A DNA stretch of 64,000 bases from an uncultured Bacilli bacterium. GTDB taxonomy: Bacteria > Bacillota_I > Bacilli_A > RF39 > UBA660. Location of the stretch: assembly GCA_947632355.1 (NCBI GenBank), contig CANROY010000002.1, forward strand, positions 2,673 to 66,672, in the 5' to 3' direction. Below, piece after piece: positions 30,644-43,573 of this stretch. Positions within the stretch are counted from its first letter, which is position 1, and the number at the start of each line of letters is the position of its first letter. A model generated the notes under the pieces. The model saw nothing but the letters and a program-made list of their open reading frames with translations. It searched no databases and was not told where the DNA came from. The translations under genes and the position numbers were made by a program.

Positions 30644-31192
30644 ATGTTTAGTTTTATAAAAGGAACAATTGCTGAAACAGAAAAAAACTATATTACAATT
30701 GAAAATAATGGAATAGGCTATCAAATTTTTGTTGCCAATCCTTTTAGTTATCAAATAGGAGAAGAAAAACAAGTATTTTTGTATACGTATATTAAAGAAG
30801 ATGAATTTTCTTTATATGGCTTTAATTCAATGGAAGAAAAAGAATTGTTTTTAAGACTGATTAGTGTAAAAGGAGTTGGCCCTAAACTAGCTTTACCTAT
30901 GTTCGCACTAGGTAGTGTCAAGGGTATTATTGATGCGATTGATCGTGAAAACATTTTATATTTAACCAAATTTCCTAAAGTAGGAGAAAAAGTAGCAAGA
31001 CAAATTATACTAGATTTAAAAGGAAAACTTGTGAAGGATGAAAGTACCTCTTCTGTTGGTTTTGAAGAAGTGGTAGAAGCCTTAGAAAGCCTAGGCTATA
31101 AAAGTGCAGATATTAAACGAGTTCTTCCGAAGATAACGAGTGAAAAAGTAGAAGACCAAATTAAAGAAGCTTTACAGTTATTATTAAAATAG
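30644..31192 (+). CDS. ruvA: Holliday junction DNA helicase RuvA
   Basis: N-terminal MFSFIKG (typical M..IKG), HhH motifs (KGVGPKLAL), C-terminal RuvB-binding domain; start after RBS GGTGG. Confidence 0.9.
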   Translation: MFSFIKGTIAETEKNYITIENNGIGYQIFVANPFSYQIGEEKQVFLYTYIKEDEFSLYGFNSMEEKELFLRLISVKGVGPKLALPMFALGSVKGIIDAIDRENILYLTKFPKVGEKVARQIILDLKGKLVKDESTSSVGFEEVVEALESLGYKSADIKRVLPKITSEKVEDQIKEALQLLLK

Positions 31193-31204
31193 AAAGGAGT
31201 ATTT

Positions 31205-32209
31205 ATGAAAGATAGAATTATTGATGCCGAAGAAAAAGAAGAAGATGTTTTTGAAAAAAATATACGTCCTCAAAGTTTAGACGAGTATGTGGGGCAAACA
31301 GAAATCAAAGAAAATTTACGTGTGTTTATTAAAGCCGCGTTAATGCGTGAAGAACCACTTGACCACGTTTTACTTTATGGCCCTCCGGGACTTGGGAAAA
31401 CAACTCTTGCTCATATTATAGCGAATGAACTTGGAAGCAACATAAAAACCGCAAGTGGTCCATCTATAGAAAAAACTGGAGATTTAGCAGCTGTTTTATC
31501 GACACTTGAACCGGGAGATGTTTTGTTTATCGATGAAATTCATCGTATGCCAAAATTTATTGAAGAAGTTTTGTATCCAGCCATGGAAGACTTTGAAATT
31601 GATTTGGTGATTGGCACAGAAGGGAAAAGTAAAAACATTAAAATTGATTTGCCACCCTTTACTTTGGTAGGGGCAACCACTCGTGCGGGAGATATATCCT
31701 CTCCTTTACGAGACCGTTTTGGAATTATTTCGAAGTTGGAGTATTATAAGTCAGATGAATTACAACGTATTATTAAAAGAACCAGTCGTGTTCTTGATAT
31801 GCCAATTGATGAGGATGCAGCGGAAGAATTAAGTAAGAGATGTAGAAAAACGCCTCGTATTGCGAATCGTTTATTTAAAAGAGTACGAGATTTTGCTTTA
31901 GTAGAAGGAGAAAGCCGTATTACAAAAGCCCAAACGATTCAATCGTTGGATCGTTTGAAAGTCGACCAATTTGGTTTGGATTCCATTGATATAGAATACT
32001 TAACTAGTTTAATTACTAAATTTAATGGTGGGCCAGTAGGAGTTGAGACAATTGCTACTTCTATTGGAGAAGAAGTCTCAACCATTGAAGATGTTGTAGA
32101 ACCATTTTTACTACAAGAAGGATTTATTAAAAGAACACCACGTGGACGTGTTGCTACTGATAAAGCCTATAATCATTTACAAATTAGCCATAATGAATCT
32201 TTGTTTTAA
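31205..32209 (+). CDS. ruvB: Holliday junction branch migration ATPase RuvB
   Basis: Walker [10 protein letters not shown], Walker [10 protein letters not shown]; 334 aa. Confidence 0.95.
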   Translation: MKDRIIDAEEKEEDVFEKNIRPQSLDEYVGQTEIKENLRVFIKAALMREEPLDHVLLYGPPGLGKTTLAHIIANELGSNIKTASGPSIEKTGDLAAVLSTLEPGDVLFIDEIHRMPKFIEEVLYPAMEDFEIDLVIGTEGKSKNIKIDLPPFTLVGATTRAGDISSPLRDRFGIISKLEYYKSDELQRIIKRTSRVLDMPIDEDAAEELSKRCRKTPRIANRLFKRVRDFALVEGESRITKAQTIQSLDRLKVDQFGLDSIDIEYLTSLITKFNGGPVGVETIATSIGEEVSTIEDVVEPFLLQEGFIKRTPRGRVATDKAYNHLQISHNESLF

Positions 32210-32231
32210 ATTTAGAAGTGGGGGATAAGAT

Positions 32232-32816
32232 ATGGAAAAAAAGAAATTAATAATTGTGGAAGGACCGCAAGGAACAGGAAAAACAACTTTAACCAATTAC
32301 TTACGTGAAAATATTTCATCTTCTAATTTGTATCGTTTGTCTGGTCAAAGTGATAAAACAAAAACCGGTAAAGAGTATAGTATAAAAATGTATAATGCTT
32401 TAATAGAGTATTTAAAAGTAATGCAAACTATTCCTATGAATATGATTTTTGATAGAACTTTCTTTACCGAAGAAGTCTATGCTCGTTTAGGATATAAAGA
32501 ATATTCTTTTACAGATGTTTATGAGTCTTTAACTCAACAATTACAAAATTTAGATTATGAAATCTATTTTATTGTTTTATATTTAAAAAATATTGAATTA
32601 TATCGAAAAAGATTAGAAAGAGAATCCCATCATAATTATCAAGCCTTTAGTATTGAAAATAGTGCCAATCAACAAAAAATTTATTTTGATTTGTGTAAGG
32701 AATTAGAAAATACATCAATTCATGTTTTAAAATTAGCAATGGATAACTTTGAAGAAGCCTATCAAAGTATTCAAGACTTATTTTCTATTGGTGTATCTAG
32801 ATGTAAAAAAAAGTAA
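32232..32816 (+). CDS. P-loop nucleoside/nucleotide kinase-like protein (dNK/Tmk-like fold)
   Basis: N-terminal IVEGPQGTGKTT P-loop; 194 aa; inserted between ruvB and queA. Confidence 0.5.
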   Translation: MEKKKLIIVEGPQGTGKTTLTNYLRENISSSNLYRLSGQSDKTKTGKEYSIKMYNALIEYLKVMQTIPMNMIFDRTFFTEEVYARLGYKEYSFTDVYESLTQQLQNLDYEIYFIVLYLKNIELYRKRLERESHHNYQAFSIENSANQQKIYFDLCKELENTSIHVLKLAMDNFEEAYQSIQDLFSIGVSRCKKK

Positions 32817-32830
32817 AAGGAGATTAGAAA

Positions 32831-33619
32831 ATGATTGCAGAAATACTTGCTCCTAATGGTAGTAAAATTAATTGTCCTTATTATGAAATAGAAGAAAAAT
32901 GTCAAGAAATTTGTAAAGAGTATTGTTCTATAAGTGAAAAAAATTTGGAAGAATTTGAAAATTTCAGTAAAGACTATACGTATTTTTCTCCCTATTTTGA
33001 TTTTGTTTTTGGTTATTTAGGGTATCAATTATTTAATATTAGTCTAAGACCAAATTTTTTATTAATGGGTAATTTAGAAAATAGATGTTATGAACTAAAA
33101 AAATATTCTAAAGGTTTAGAGGATTATATTCCCTATAATTTTGGAAAAGATGTTATGACGTTTGTAAGTGATCAAGATTTAAGTATCAAACCGTTTGCAA
33201 TAGATAAAGATTTTAAACCTTGCTTTATTACAAAAGATTTAAAACAAATCGTACCAAAATGTGGAGGTCATAGAGAACTTGCACGAACGATTTTAAATTT
33301 AGGTCTAATTCAAGATAGAGATTTATGTCAAAAAATACTGCCTGTTGATCAAGAAAATACAGATATGGCAGAAATTTTAATGCACTACTATCCATTATTA
33401 CGATTTGATTATGATGAAAAAAGCAAAGAAACTACGATTGTTTATGATCATCGCTTATTATCAAGCGAACAATCTGAACTTATTAAAACAATGCAAAATG
33501 AAAATCGTTTTTCCCTTTTTCTTTTTGACTACTATCCAAAATATGAGGGAGAAGTACTAGATTGGTCTTATAAATTTGTAAAGAAAGAAGATGAATTAAA
33601 TGAGTACCGAAGAATTTGA
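32831..33619 (+). CDS. hypothetical Cys-rich protein
   Basis: N-terminal [18 protein letters not shown] cluster; 262 aa. Confidence 0.45.
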   Translation: MIAEILAPNGSKINCPYYEIEEKCQEICKEYCSISEKNLEEFENFSKDYTYFSPYFDFVFGYLGYQLFNISLRPNFLLMGNLENRCYELKKYSKGLEDYIPYNFGKDVMTFVSDQDLSIKPFAIDKDFKPCFITKDLKQIVPKCGGHRELARTILNLGLIQDRDLCQKILPVDQENTDMAEILMHYYPLLRFDYDEKSKETTIVYDHRLLSSEQSELIKTMQNENRFSLFLFDYYPKYEGEVLDWSYKFVKKEDELNEYRRI

Positions 33620-34625
33620 TTATGAACTACCTGAAGAGTTAATTGCTCAAACGCCTTTAAAGAATCGTTCTTCTTCACGCCTTATGGTGATGGATAAAAC
33701 AACCGGAGAAATTGAACACAAACATTTTACAGATATTCTAGAAGAATTAAATAAAGATGATATAGTCGTTTTAAATAATACCAAAGTGATTCCTGCTCGT
33801 TTAATCGGTTTAAAAATCGATACCCATGCAACAATAGAACTTCTTCTTTTAAAAGAGTTAGGGCAAGATTCTTGGGAATGTTTATCTCGTCCTTTTAAAC
33901 GTTTACATGTAGGAACAAAAATCTCTTTTGGTAACGATTTATTACAAGCAGAAGTGATAGAAAAAAAGGAAAATGGAATGGTCGTCGTCCAATTTTCTTA
34001 TCAAGGAATTTTCTTAGAAATTTTAGATAAACTTGGAGAAATGCCACTTCCTCCTTATATTCATCAAAAGTTAGAAGAAAAGGACCGTTATCAAACGGTT
34101 TATGCAAAAACAGTTGGTAGTGCAGCTGCACCAACAGCGGGTCTTCATTTTACCAAAGAATTACTTGAAGCAATGAAAGAAAAAGAAATTACGATTGTTG
34201 AAGTTACGTTGCACGTTGGATTAGGAACGTTTCGACCTGTTGAGGTAAGCGATGTAACAAAACATATTATGCATAGTGAATACTATGAAATGAGTAAAGA
34301 AACGGCGGAAGTTTTAAATAAAGCCAAAAAGGAACATAGAAGAATTATTGCTGTTGGAACAACTTCAACAAGAACCTTAGAAACGATTATGAGTAAATTT
34401 GGGACATTTAAAGAATGTAGTGGAACTACCGATATCTTTATCTATCCCGGATATGAATTTAAAGCCATCGATGGATTAATTACGAATTTTCATCTACCAA
34501 AAAGTACACTTATTATGCTTGTCAGTGCTTTTTCAAAAAAAGAATATATTTTAAACGCTTATAAAGAGGCAGTAAAAGAAAAATATCGCTTTTTCTCTTT
34601 TGGGGATGCAATGTTTATCAAGTAG
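33600..34625 (+). CDS. queA: S-adenosylmethionine:tRNA ribosyltransferase-isomerase
   Basis: Characteristic N-terminus [15 protein letters not shown]; 341 aa; adjacent to tgt. Confidence 0.9.
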   Translation: MSTEEFDYELPEELIAQTPLKNRSSSRLMVMDKTTGEIEHKHFTDILEELNKDDIVVLNNTKVIPARLIGLKIDTHATIELLLLKELGQDSWECLSRPFKRLHVGTKISFGNDLLQAEVIEKKENGMVVVQFSYQGIFLEILDKLGEMPLPPYIHQKLEEKDRYQTVYAKTVGSAAAPTAGLHFTKELLEAMKEKEITIVEVTLHVGLGTFRPVEVSDVTKHIMHSEYYEMSKETAEVLNKAKKEHRRIIAVGTTSTRTLETIMSKFGTFKECSGTTDIFIYPGYEFKAIDGLITNFHLPKSTLIMLVSAFSKKEYILNAYKEAVKEKYRFFSFGDAMFIK

Positions 34626-34653
34626 TGTTATAATAAATCTCAAGGTGATTTAA

Positions 34654-35001
34654 ATGAGAAAAAAATTTGTTACGTTAAGTGAAACAGAAAGAAAATATAC
34701 AGAACTTCGTTGGGATCCTAAAAATTGCATTGTAGTTCCAAGTTATAAAGGAGATGGAACAGCTCTTATTGTTGAAACTATTCATGGGGATGAAGGAAAT
34801 ATTTTAGCTTATTTTCGCTATATGGCAGATGCAAGTGGTAAAGCCATTAGTGAAGTTACTAATTCCTTATATCCAAAAAAACCAAATAGTGCAGAATATT
34901 TTAATCAATTAGGTTCAGTAGGGTATAAAAAGGTTTTATTAGAACATTTAAAAACAAACTTAGAAATTCAAAAAGAAGAAATTGCTGAAATGGTTCGTTA
35001 A
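34654..35001 (+). CDS. hypothetical protein inserted between queA and tgt
   Basis: 115-aa ORF with RBS; no motif recognised. Confidence 0.45.
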   Translation: MRKKFVTLSETERKYTELRWDPKNCIVVPSYKGDGTALIVETIHGDEGNILAYFRYMADASGKAISEVTNSLYPKKPNSAEYFNQLGSVGYKKVLLEHLKTNLEIQKEEIAEMVR

Positions 35002-35008
35002 TCAATAA

Positions 35009-36458
<1,450 letters not shown>

Positions 36459-36542
36459 GGCTAAACAGATGTAGGGATAAACTTGCAAAAAGTAGGAATC
36501 TATGATAGAGTAAGTTCCATATAAAAAGGGGGGTTGAAATGA

Positions 36543-37460
36543 ATGAACCTAAAAGAATATATTTTATCTTTTTTAAAAATTAAAGATTGGGATATGTTAC
36601 AAAAAATTTATTATGTTTATCTTTATATGTGTAAAACTTTCTCTTATGATTTTCGTTATGAATTATCATCTAAGGAAGAACAACAAAAGTATTATGATAA
36701 AGAATTTGATGCTACAAATATTAATGAGTTTGAAATTACTTGTAATTCGTGGTGTAAAATTGCAAAATCTATTTATGATGATTTAGATCCTTCAATAAAA
36801 TGTAGTATAAGTTATGATGTTTTACCACATGTATTCTTAATAGTAGAGTACTGGGACTATAAAATAAAATTGGACCCAATGAAATATGGATATGATATTA
36901 CAAGAGTAAAAATTGGTTGTAATACGCATGGCTTTTTTGATTTAAATCAAAATACCAATTTAATGCCTCATTTAAAAAGAATTATTTCTTTTGAAAAAAA
37001 CTCTACAAGCATTAATAAAGTCATAACTGCAACTTGTGGTGATTTAAAAGGAAAAGACATGTATAGAAATGTTCCCTATCAAATTGATACATTTGATAAT
37101 GAACCCTTTAAACTGAAAATGGATTTAATCAATTTTATTATCAATAATGCCAATGAAATAAAAAGATTTGATGATACAGATCGCCTTTTTGACTATTTAA
37201 GTATAAAATTTATGACGGAATGGGAAAGATACAAAATACATAAACATCCTTTTTGGCAAATTGAACAAGGAAATTGGAAAATTGTTGATTTAATTTTATT
37301 AGAACTAGAAAATGAAAAATCAATTTGTTATAAAATGTGTAACAAAGATGGAAAATTTATAATTACTCCAATAGAATATAGAGAAATGGATTATTATTTA
37401 GATCATTACGATAGTAAAGTTCAAGGTGTTTATAGAGAATTAACGAAAAATTATCGATAA
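36543..37460 (+). CDS. hypothetical protein
   Basis: 305-aa ORF with RBS GGGGGTTGA. Confidence 0.5.
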   Translation: MNLKEYILSFLKIKDWDMLQKIYYVYLYMCKTFSYDFRYELSSKEEQQKYYDKEFDATNINEFEITCNSWCKIAKSIYDDLDPSIKCSISYDVLPHVFLIVEYWDYKIKLDPMKYGYDITRVKIGCNTHGFFDLNQNTNLMPHLKRIISFEKNSTSINKVITATCGDLKGKDMYRNVPYQIDTFDNEPFKLKMDLINFIINNANEIKRFDDTDRLFDYLSIKFMTEWERYKIHKHPFWQIEQGNWKIVDLILLELENEKSICYKMCNKDGKFIITPIEYREMDYYLDHYDSKVQGVYRELTKNYR

Positions 37461-37490
37461 TTGTTAGCAAAAAAAATAAAGTCATGTGCT

Positions 37491-37862
37491 TTATTCTTTT
37501 TTTGTATTAATTCCTATAGTAGCACCAATGACACTCGAAAATAGAAGGGCCATATAGTAAAGAATTCTTACTATTTTAAAGCTACTTTGATAGAAGAGAA
37601 GGTTTAATAGAATTAAAACAAGTAAAAGTAAAAGTCCAATCTTTAATCCGGCGATAAAACCTTTACTTGTACAACGTTTGCCGGAAGAAAAACCAAAGAA
37701 GAAGAAAACCAAAACCATATAAAGAATTGCAAACACATTAGTTACTTTGGTTGGAAGTAGAAAATAATAAAGAAGACTTAAAAGCAAACTACCCCCTAGT
37801 AAAAATCCTAAAAATTTAAGTAAAGAAATCCCATATTCTTTTACATATTTCATTTCAATCAC
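37491..37862 (-). CDS. small integral membrane protein
   Basis: 123 aa with three to four predicted TM helices. Confidence 0.5.
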   Translation of the reverse strand: MIEMKYVKEYGISLLKFLGFLLGGSLLLSLLYYFLLPTKVTNVFAILYMVLVFFFFGFSSGKRCTSKGFIAGLKIGLLLLLVLILLNLLFYQSSFKIVRILYYMALLFSSVIGATIGINTKKE

Positions 37863-37922
37863 CTACTAATGTATATGAAAGTGTTTAAAAACTTATGAAA
37901 TCGGACATACTAGAAAGTAGAG

Positions 37923-38576
37923 GTGATCAATATGGAACTTTTAACAATTGTGTTTCGTACAACTTTCTTTTATTTCTTTATCGTGTTAGCGTATCGAATT
38001 ATGGGAAAAAGAGAGATTGGCCAATTAGGAATTATTGATTTAATCGTGTCTATCTTAATTGCAGAATTAGTGGCGATTAGTATTGAAAATATTGAAGATA
38101 CCATCTTTTTTACCATTATTCCTATCGCCTTATTAGTTCTTTTAGAATTAGGGCTTGCTTTTATTAGTATTAAATCAAGAACGTTTCGAACACTTTTTGG
38201 TGGAAAACCTTCTTTGATTATTTCAAATGGCAATGTCAATTACAAAGAAATGGTAAGACAACGCTATAGTATGGATGATCTACTTTTAAGTATGAGACAA
38301 AACGGGATTAAAAGCATTGATGAAATAGAATATGCTTTTCTAGAACCAAATGGAAAACTCTCTATTTTTAAATACAATGTTTTAAAAACCAAAAGCAATT
38401 ATCCAATGCCCATTATTGTGGATGGTAGTTTGCAAGAAAAAGCCTTACAATATATTAAAAAAGATAAAAAATGGTTAGAAAAAGTATTAGAACAAAAAGG
38501 ATTAAAAATCGAAGATGTCTTTTATGCTTTTAAAAAGAAAAATAAAATTTTCTTAATTAAAAAAGATAATTTATAA
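37923..38576 (+). CDS. DUF421 (YetF-like) membrane protein
   Basis: YRIMGKREIGQLGIIDLIVSILIAELVA matches the DUF421 N-terminal motif; 217 aa. Confidence 0.6.
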   Translation: MINMELLTIVFRTTFFYFFIVLAYRIMGKREIGQLGIIDLIVSILIAELVAISIENIEDTIFFTIIPIALLVLLELGLAFISIKSRTFRTLFGGKPSLIISNGNVNYKEMVRQRYSMDDLLLSMRQNGIKSIDEIEYAFLEPNGKLSIFKYNVLKTKSNYPMPIIVDGSLQEKALQYIKKDKKWLEKVLEQKGLKIEDVFYAFKKKNKIFLIKKDNL

Positions 38577-38669
38577 TTTTTTTGTAAAAAAGTGTCAAAA
38601 TTTATATCCAACTTTCACTTTCTACTTGAAAATTTGTTACACTATACATAGTGGAAATGGAAGTGTCTT

Positions 38670-39314
38670 ATGTTAGAAGAAATACCAAAAAGTTTATATG
38701 AATTTATGAAAATGTTAGAAGCTTATCAAAATAATATGCAGAAATTGGAACAAGCAAAAAATTTAGTAACCAAAAAGGAATTTTTAGAAAAGCAACAACA
38801 AATTGCGGAGATTATAAAAAAGATTCTTTTTCTTGCAAATATTCAAATTACAAATCCATTACATTTTTTACAATTTTTAAAAACTTATTTTTACTTTGAA
38901 GGAAGTATGCGTATTTTTTCTAATAAAGAAATTAAAGAATACTATGAAATCATTCAAAAATTTATAACATTTGAACAAAAAGAAGAAATAGAAAAAAGAG
39001 ACTACTACGAACATGTGGCTTGTAATCCGTTATTTAAACAAATTTTAGGAACATTAGAGCCGAATGAAAAAATTGAACTAGAAACTCACTTAGAACAAGA
39101 ACTTGAACTTACAAAACCCTATCCAGATATTTATACCTTCACTCGTATTGTAAATGATTGGCAAAGAAAATTGGATACTTTAAAAGAAAATGGTAACATT
39201 AATGAAATAGAATATCAAAAATATGTTTTAGAAATCAATTATGTTGCTGACTACTTTAGTAGTATCATTATGGGACATCAACAAACACTAGAGAGGAAAA
39301 AAGTTAAGAATTAA
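38670..39314 (+). CDS. hypothetical protein
   Basis: 214-aa ORF. Confidence 0.45.
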   Translation: MLEEIPKSLYEFMKMLEAYQNNMQKLEQAKNLVTKKEFLEKQQQIAEIIKKILFLANIQITNPLHFLQFLKTYFYFEGSMRIFSNKEIKEYYEIIQKFITFEQKEEIEKRDYYEHVACNPLFKQILGTLEPNEKIELETHLEQELELTKPYPDIYTFTRIVNDWQRKLDTLKENGNINEIEYQKYVLEINYVADYFSSIIMGHQQTLERKKVKN

Positions 39315-40596
39315 AAACTTTTTTTATTTTGACAAAATTGGTACCTACGACAAATAAAATATTGACAATTTCAGATAGGATTAAACCATATATTCCAATA
39401 CGGAAGAAGGAAAAAACTACTAAAACAATTGTTTTAAGAAGAACACCAAACAAAGTTATTTTCATAGTATATTTGGATAAACCTAATCCTTGCAACGTAC
39501 TAATAATTGGACTTTCTAAATAGAATAAGACAAAAAAGGGGGCTAAAATGCTAATATAGGAACTACCACTTGTCGTATGGTATAAAATCCATAACAGTTT
39601 TTCTTTGAAAATGAGAATAAAGAAACTAAAGAAAAGTCCTAAAAGAAAAGAAATACCTAAGGCTTGATAAAATCTTCGTTTGACCATCAATTTATTTTTT
39701 TGTTCTTGAAATTTACTGATTTCTGGTACTAAAGCACTGGATAAGGCTGCTACAAAAAAACTAGGCATGGTAAGTAGAGCAATCGAATACGCATTATAAG
39801 CCCCATATTCCATTAGAATATAGTCACTAGAATACCCTACAAACAATAAAATATTGGTAAGAAGAATGGGTTCAAAGAAAAAGCCAATATTTCCTATAAA
39901 ACGAGAAGAAACGGTAGGAAGACTTACATCTAAAACGCTTTTCATTGTTTCTTTATTGGGTTTTAAATCGTTTTTGGTAATGACCACATTTTTAGGAAGA
40001 AAACAGAGATAAACAAAAATAGAAGTAAGTTCTGATGCAATATTAAATAAAATTAACACACATACTCCTAATAATATGCTTTTTTTAACAAAGTAAGGTA
40101 AAAAAAGAAGAATAAGGAAAATACGAATGATTTGTTCTAACGTATTTGCAAGTGTTAAAGGAAACATTTTTTGTTTACCAAAGAAGTAGCCTTTTAAAAT
40201 ACTCGAAATACTTACGAATGGTAAAGTTACCGTACAAGCAAGTAATAAAAGATAAACGCTTTTGTTTTTTAATAGATGTATTGCAATAAACTTACTACTT
40301 AGAAACATAGCAACCAAAAGAATAATATTTACAAAAAGAATAATCAGTACCGAAGTAGAAAGAATTTTTACACTACGTACCTTTTCTTCTGCTACTAATT
40401 TGGAAATGGCAAGGGGTAGAGCAAGGGTAGCAATTGTAATTAAAAGCGAATACGTTGGCATCACCAAAGAGTATAAACTAACCCCTTGTTCTAGAATCAT
40501 TCTCGTATATAAAATTTTAATAATAAAACCTAAAAAACGGGTAATAAAACCCCCTAAAATTAAAATAAGTGTCGATGATAAAAATTTGTTTTTCAT
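39304..40596 (-). CDS. MOP-superfamily flippase (Wzx/SpoVB/MurJ-like polysaccharide or lipid II transporter)
   Basis: 430 aa with about 12-14 TM helices; convergent with the flanking + strand genes. Confidence 0.6.
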   Translation of the reverse strand: MKNKFLSSTLILILGGFITRFLGFIIKILYTRMILEQGVSLYSLVMPTYSLLITIATLALPLAISKLVAEEKVRSVKILSTSVLIILFVNIILLVAMFLSSKFIAIHLLKNKSVYLLLLACTVTLPFVSISSILKGYFFGKQKMFPLTLANTLEQIIRIFLILLFLPYFVKKSILLGVCVLILFNIASELTSIFVYLCFLPKNVVITKNDLKPNKETMKSVLDVSLPTVSSRFIGNIGFFFEPILLTNILLFVGYSSDYILMEYGAYNAYSIALLTMPSFFVAALSSALVPEISKFQEQKNKLMVKRRFYQALGISFLLGLFFSFFILIFKEKLLWILYHTTSGSSYISILAPFFVLFYLESPIISTLQGLGLSKYTMKITLFGVLLKTIVLVVFSFFRIGIYGLILSEIVNILFVVGTNFVKIKKVFNS

Positions 40597-40661
40597 GATA
40601 TGCCCCTTTAAAAATACTATAAAATGCTTTATAATAAATATATGATTTAGGAGGCAAGTTT

Positions 40662-40964
40662 ATGGTAGCAGACAACTTTAAAAGTCTTAAAGACTTGTAT
40701 CAACGTATATATCCAGCCCTTAAATCAAAAACAAAAGAATTAAAGGGAAAAGGATATACATTTCTAACGGAACAAGATTTATGGGAATACTTAATTAAAA
40801 CCAAATGGCACGATGAAGATAATTTAACCCTATACGACCTTGTAAACGATATACTTTATATAGAAGAAAAAGACTTATTACGTTTTTTATCTCCGGTAAA
40901 TAGGGAAGAGGAACCAATACTTGAAGAGGAGACGTTCAATAATAGTGAGGACACGATTTTATGA
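40662..40964 (+). CDS. small protein, possibly a ComN-like post-transcriptional regulator
   Basis: 100 aa upstream of and translationally coupled to relA (the ATG of relA overlaps its stop); family assignment is tentative. Confidence 0.4.
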   Translation: MVADNFKSLKDLYQRIYPALKSKTKELKGKGYTFLTEQDLWEYLIKTKWHDEDNLTLYDLVNDILYIEEKDLLRFLSPVNREEEPILEEETFNNSEDTIL

Positions 40965-43111
40965 AAACAGAAGAAGTGAAATTTGAAGATTTAATAGAAA
41001 AACTAAAAAATAATTTTTCAGAAAGTGATTTAAGAGACATCAAGAAAGCCTATGACTTTGCCTATGAAAAACATAAAGGAATGGTTCGTTTAACCAAGGA
41101 ACCTTATATTACGCATCCTTTAAATGTGGCTCTTATTTTAAGTGATTTAAACGTTGATAAAGTCACGATTATGGGGGCTTTACTACACGAAGTAATCAAT
41201 AACGCTGAAACAACGGAAGAAGAAATTGAAAAAGCTTTTGGAACAGAAATCTTATCGATTGTAAAAAGTGTAAGTACGATTAATCGTTTGGAATTACCAG
41301 ATGATAAAGAATCGAGTGCTATCTATTTAAGAAAAGTACTTGTTGGTCTTGCAGAAGATGTACGTGTTTTATTTATTAAACTTGCCGACCGATTACACAA
41401 TATGCGTACCATTTGGGCAGTCAATCCAGAAAAGCAAAAGAAAAAAGCGAGTGAAACCGTAAACGTTTTAATTCCGATCGCCCATCGTTTAGGTATTTAT
41501 TCGATTAAAAGTGAACTAGAAGATTTATGTTTAAAGTATTTAAAACCTGAAGTTTATGAAGATATTTTAAAACAATTGGATGCAACAATACCAGAACTAG
41601 AAGAAGTCTTAGAAGCGATGCAAGATAGTATTTCCACCATCTTAATGGAAAATGGTATTAAGTTTCAAATTAAAAGTCGTGTAAAAAGTGTCTATAGTAT
41701 TTATAAAAAGTTGAGTAAGGGCAAAAAATGGAATGAAATCTATGACATTTTAGCTTTACGTGTTATTGTGGAAAAAGAAAGTGATTGCTACTTAACGATT
41801 GGTTTAATCCATTCGAAATTCCATCCACTACCAAAACGTTTTAAAGACTATATTGCGATGCCAAAAGAAAATATGTACCAAAGTTTACATACTGGTGTCT
41901 TTGGTATTGATGGCAAAATATTTGAAATCCAAGTAAGAACACACGAAATGGATGAAATCGCCGAAAAAGGAATTGCTTCTCACTGGTCTTATAAAGAGCA
42001 AGGTACAAGAAAGATTCAAAATATGATGGAACAAAAACTAGAAATCTTTCGTAATATGATTGATTCTTATAAAGAAACGACGAGTGATATCGACTTTGCT
42101 GCTAATGTTAATGCTGATATTTTAGGTGATTTGATTTATGTGTTTACGCCACGTGGAGATGTTGTAGAACTACCAAAAGGTTCAACACCAGTTGATTTTG
42201 CTTATCGTATTCACTCTAAAGTGGGAGATACTACTGTTGGGGCTATCGTTAATGATGAAATCGTTCCATTATCTTATGAACTACAAGATAACGATGTTAT
42301 AAAAATTAATACGAATAAAAATTCAACACCAAGTAAAGAATGGTTAGATTTTGTAAAAACTACTGCAGCCAAGAGTAAAATTAAGTCTTACTTTAGTAAA
42401 CAAGACCGTACCGATTATATAGAAAATGGTAAAAATATTTTAGAAAGAGAATTAAGAAAACAAAAACTTAGTTTTAGTGATGTCTTTAGTGAAGAAAAAC
42501 TTTCTAAGATTTTAAAAGACTTAAAAATGCAAGAAATGGAAGATATCTATTTAGCCATTGGGTCTTTCCGCTACACGGCTGGCTATATTATTAAACTTTC
42601 TACGGAAGAAAAACATAACGTTACAGATGCTTTAATTGAAAAAGTAAGTAATAAAAATAGAACATTCCCTAAAAACAACAATAAAAATGACATTGTGGTT
42701 GGAGAATATAGCGACATTTTAGTAACCCTTGCCAAGTGTTGTAAACCGGTAAAAGGGGATAATATCATTGGTTATATTACTAAAGGTGAAGGGATTACCG
42801 TTCATCGTGCAGATTGTCCAAATATCCTAGAAAAAGAAGAACGTACCATTTCTGTTTCTTGGAGCGATAATAACGAAAATGAATACTTTACAGATATTTA
42901 TATTGAAACTTTGAATGACAAAAACTATGTAAGTGAACTTATTAATAAGGCATCTACTAAGAATATTAATGTTGTTTCATTAACAACGAATGATACAAAT
43001 GATAACACCATGTATAATTTAACCATTAAAGTAAAGAATGCGACCGAATTAAATGATTTTTTAGATAGTTTGTATACGTTATCTTTTGTTAAGAAAGCAG
43101 GTAAGAAATAA
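40961..43111 (+). CDS. relA: bifunctional (p)ppGpp synthetase/hydrolase
   Basis: HD hydrolase domain (HPLNVAL...HD), synthetase domain (RVKSVYSIYKK, DILALRVIV), TGS and ACT domains; 716 aa. Confidence 0.95.
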   Translation: MKTEEVKFEDLIEKLKNNFSESDLRDIKKAYDFAYEKHKGMVRLTKEPYITHPLNVALILSDLNVDKVTIMGALLHEVINNAETTEEEIEKAFGTEILSIVKSVSTINRLELPDDKESSAIYLRKVLVGLAEDVRVLFIKLADRLHNMRTIWAVNPEKQKKKASETVNVLIPIAHRLGIYSIKSELEDLCLKYLKPEVYEDILKQLDATIPELEEVLEAMQDSISTILMENGIKFQIKSRVKSVYSIYKKLSKGKKWNEIYDILALRVIVEKESDCYLTIGLIHSKFHPLPKRFKDYIAMPKENMYQSLHTGVFGIDGKIFEIQVRTHEMDEIAEKGIASHWSYKEQGTRKIQNMMEQKLEIFRNMIDSYKETTSDIDFAANVNADILGDLIYVFTPRGDVVELPKGSTPVDFAYRIHSKVGDTTVGAIVNDEIVPLSYELQDNDVIKINTNKNSTPSKEWLDFVKTTAAKSKIKSYFSKQDRTDYIENGKNILERELRKQKLSFSDVFSEEKLSKILKDLKMQEMEDIYLAIGSFRYTAGYIIKLSTEEKHNVTDALIEKVSNKNRTFPKNNNKNDIVVGEYSDILVTLAKCCKPVKGDNIIGYITKGEGITVHRADCPNILEKEERTISVSWSDNNENEYFTDIYIETLNDKNYVSELINKASTKNINVVSLTTNDTNDNTMYNLTIKVKNATELNDFLDSLYTLSFVKKAGKK

Positions 43112-43551
43112 TGCGTGTTTTAATACAAAGAAGTAAGGAAAGTCGTGTTTGTGTTCAAGATGAAGTTATCTCTTCTATTTCGAGTGGTCTTGTAGTATTT
43201 GTAGGATTTACGGAAGGCGATACTTTTGAAGATATTACTTATATGGTAAAAAAAATATTAAATTTGCGTATCTTTGATGATGAAAAAGGTATTATGAATA
43301 AAAGTATTTTAGAAGTAGGAGGAGAAATTCTATCCATCAGTCAATTTACGTTATATGCGGATACCAAAAAAGGAAATCGTCCTTCCTATATAAGAGCGAT
43401 GAATGGGGCAAGTGCCATAAAATTGTATGATGCTTTTAACGAAGAATTAAGCAAATATATTGGTATACAAACCGGTATTTTTGGTGCGGATATGCAAGTG
43501 AATATTTTAAATGATGGACCGATTACGATTTGGTTGGATTCAAAAGAATAA
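43111..43551 (+). CDS. dtd: D-aminoacyl-tRNA deacylase
   Basis: SQFTLYAD motif and C-terminal NDGPITIWLD; 146 aa; ATG overlaps the relA stop. Confidence 0.9.
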   Translation: MRVLIQRSKESRVCVQDEVISSISSGLVVFVGFTEGDTFEDITYMVKKILNLRIFDDEKGIMNKSILEVGGEILSISQFTLYADTKKGNRPSYIRAMNGASAIKLYDAFNEELSKYIGIQTGIFGADMQVNILNDGPITIWLDSKE

Positions 43552-43573
43552 AAATTGTTAAAAGGAGTATAGA

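Noticed and set aside
39329-40645. Plus-strand ORFs (64 and 127 aa) overlapping the minus-strand flippase gene
   Set aside because: Antisense to a 430-aa multi-TM ORF with consistent hydrophobic periodicity; the flippase call is preferred.
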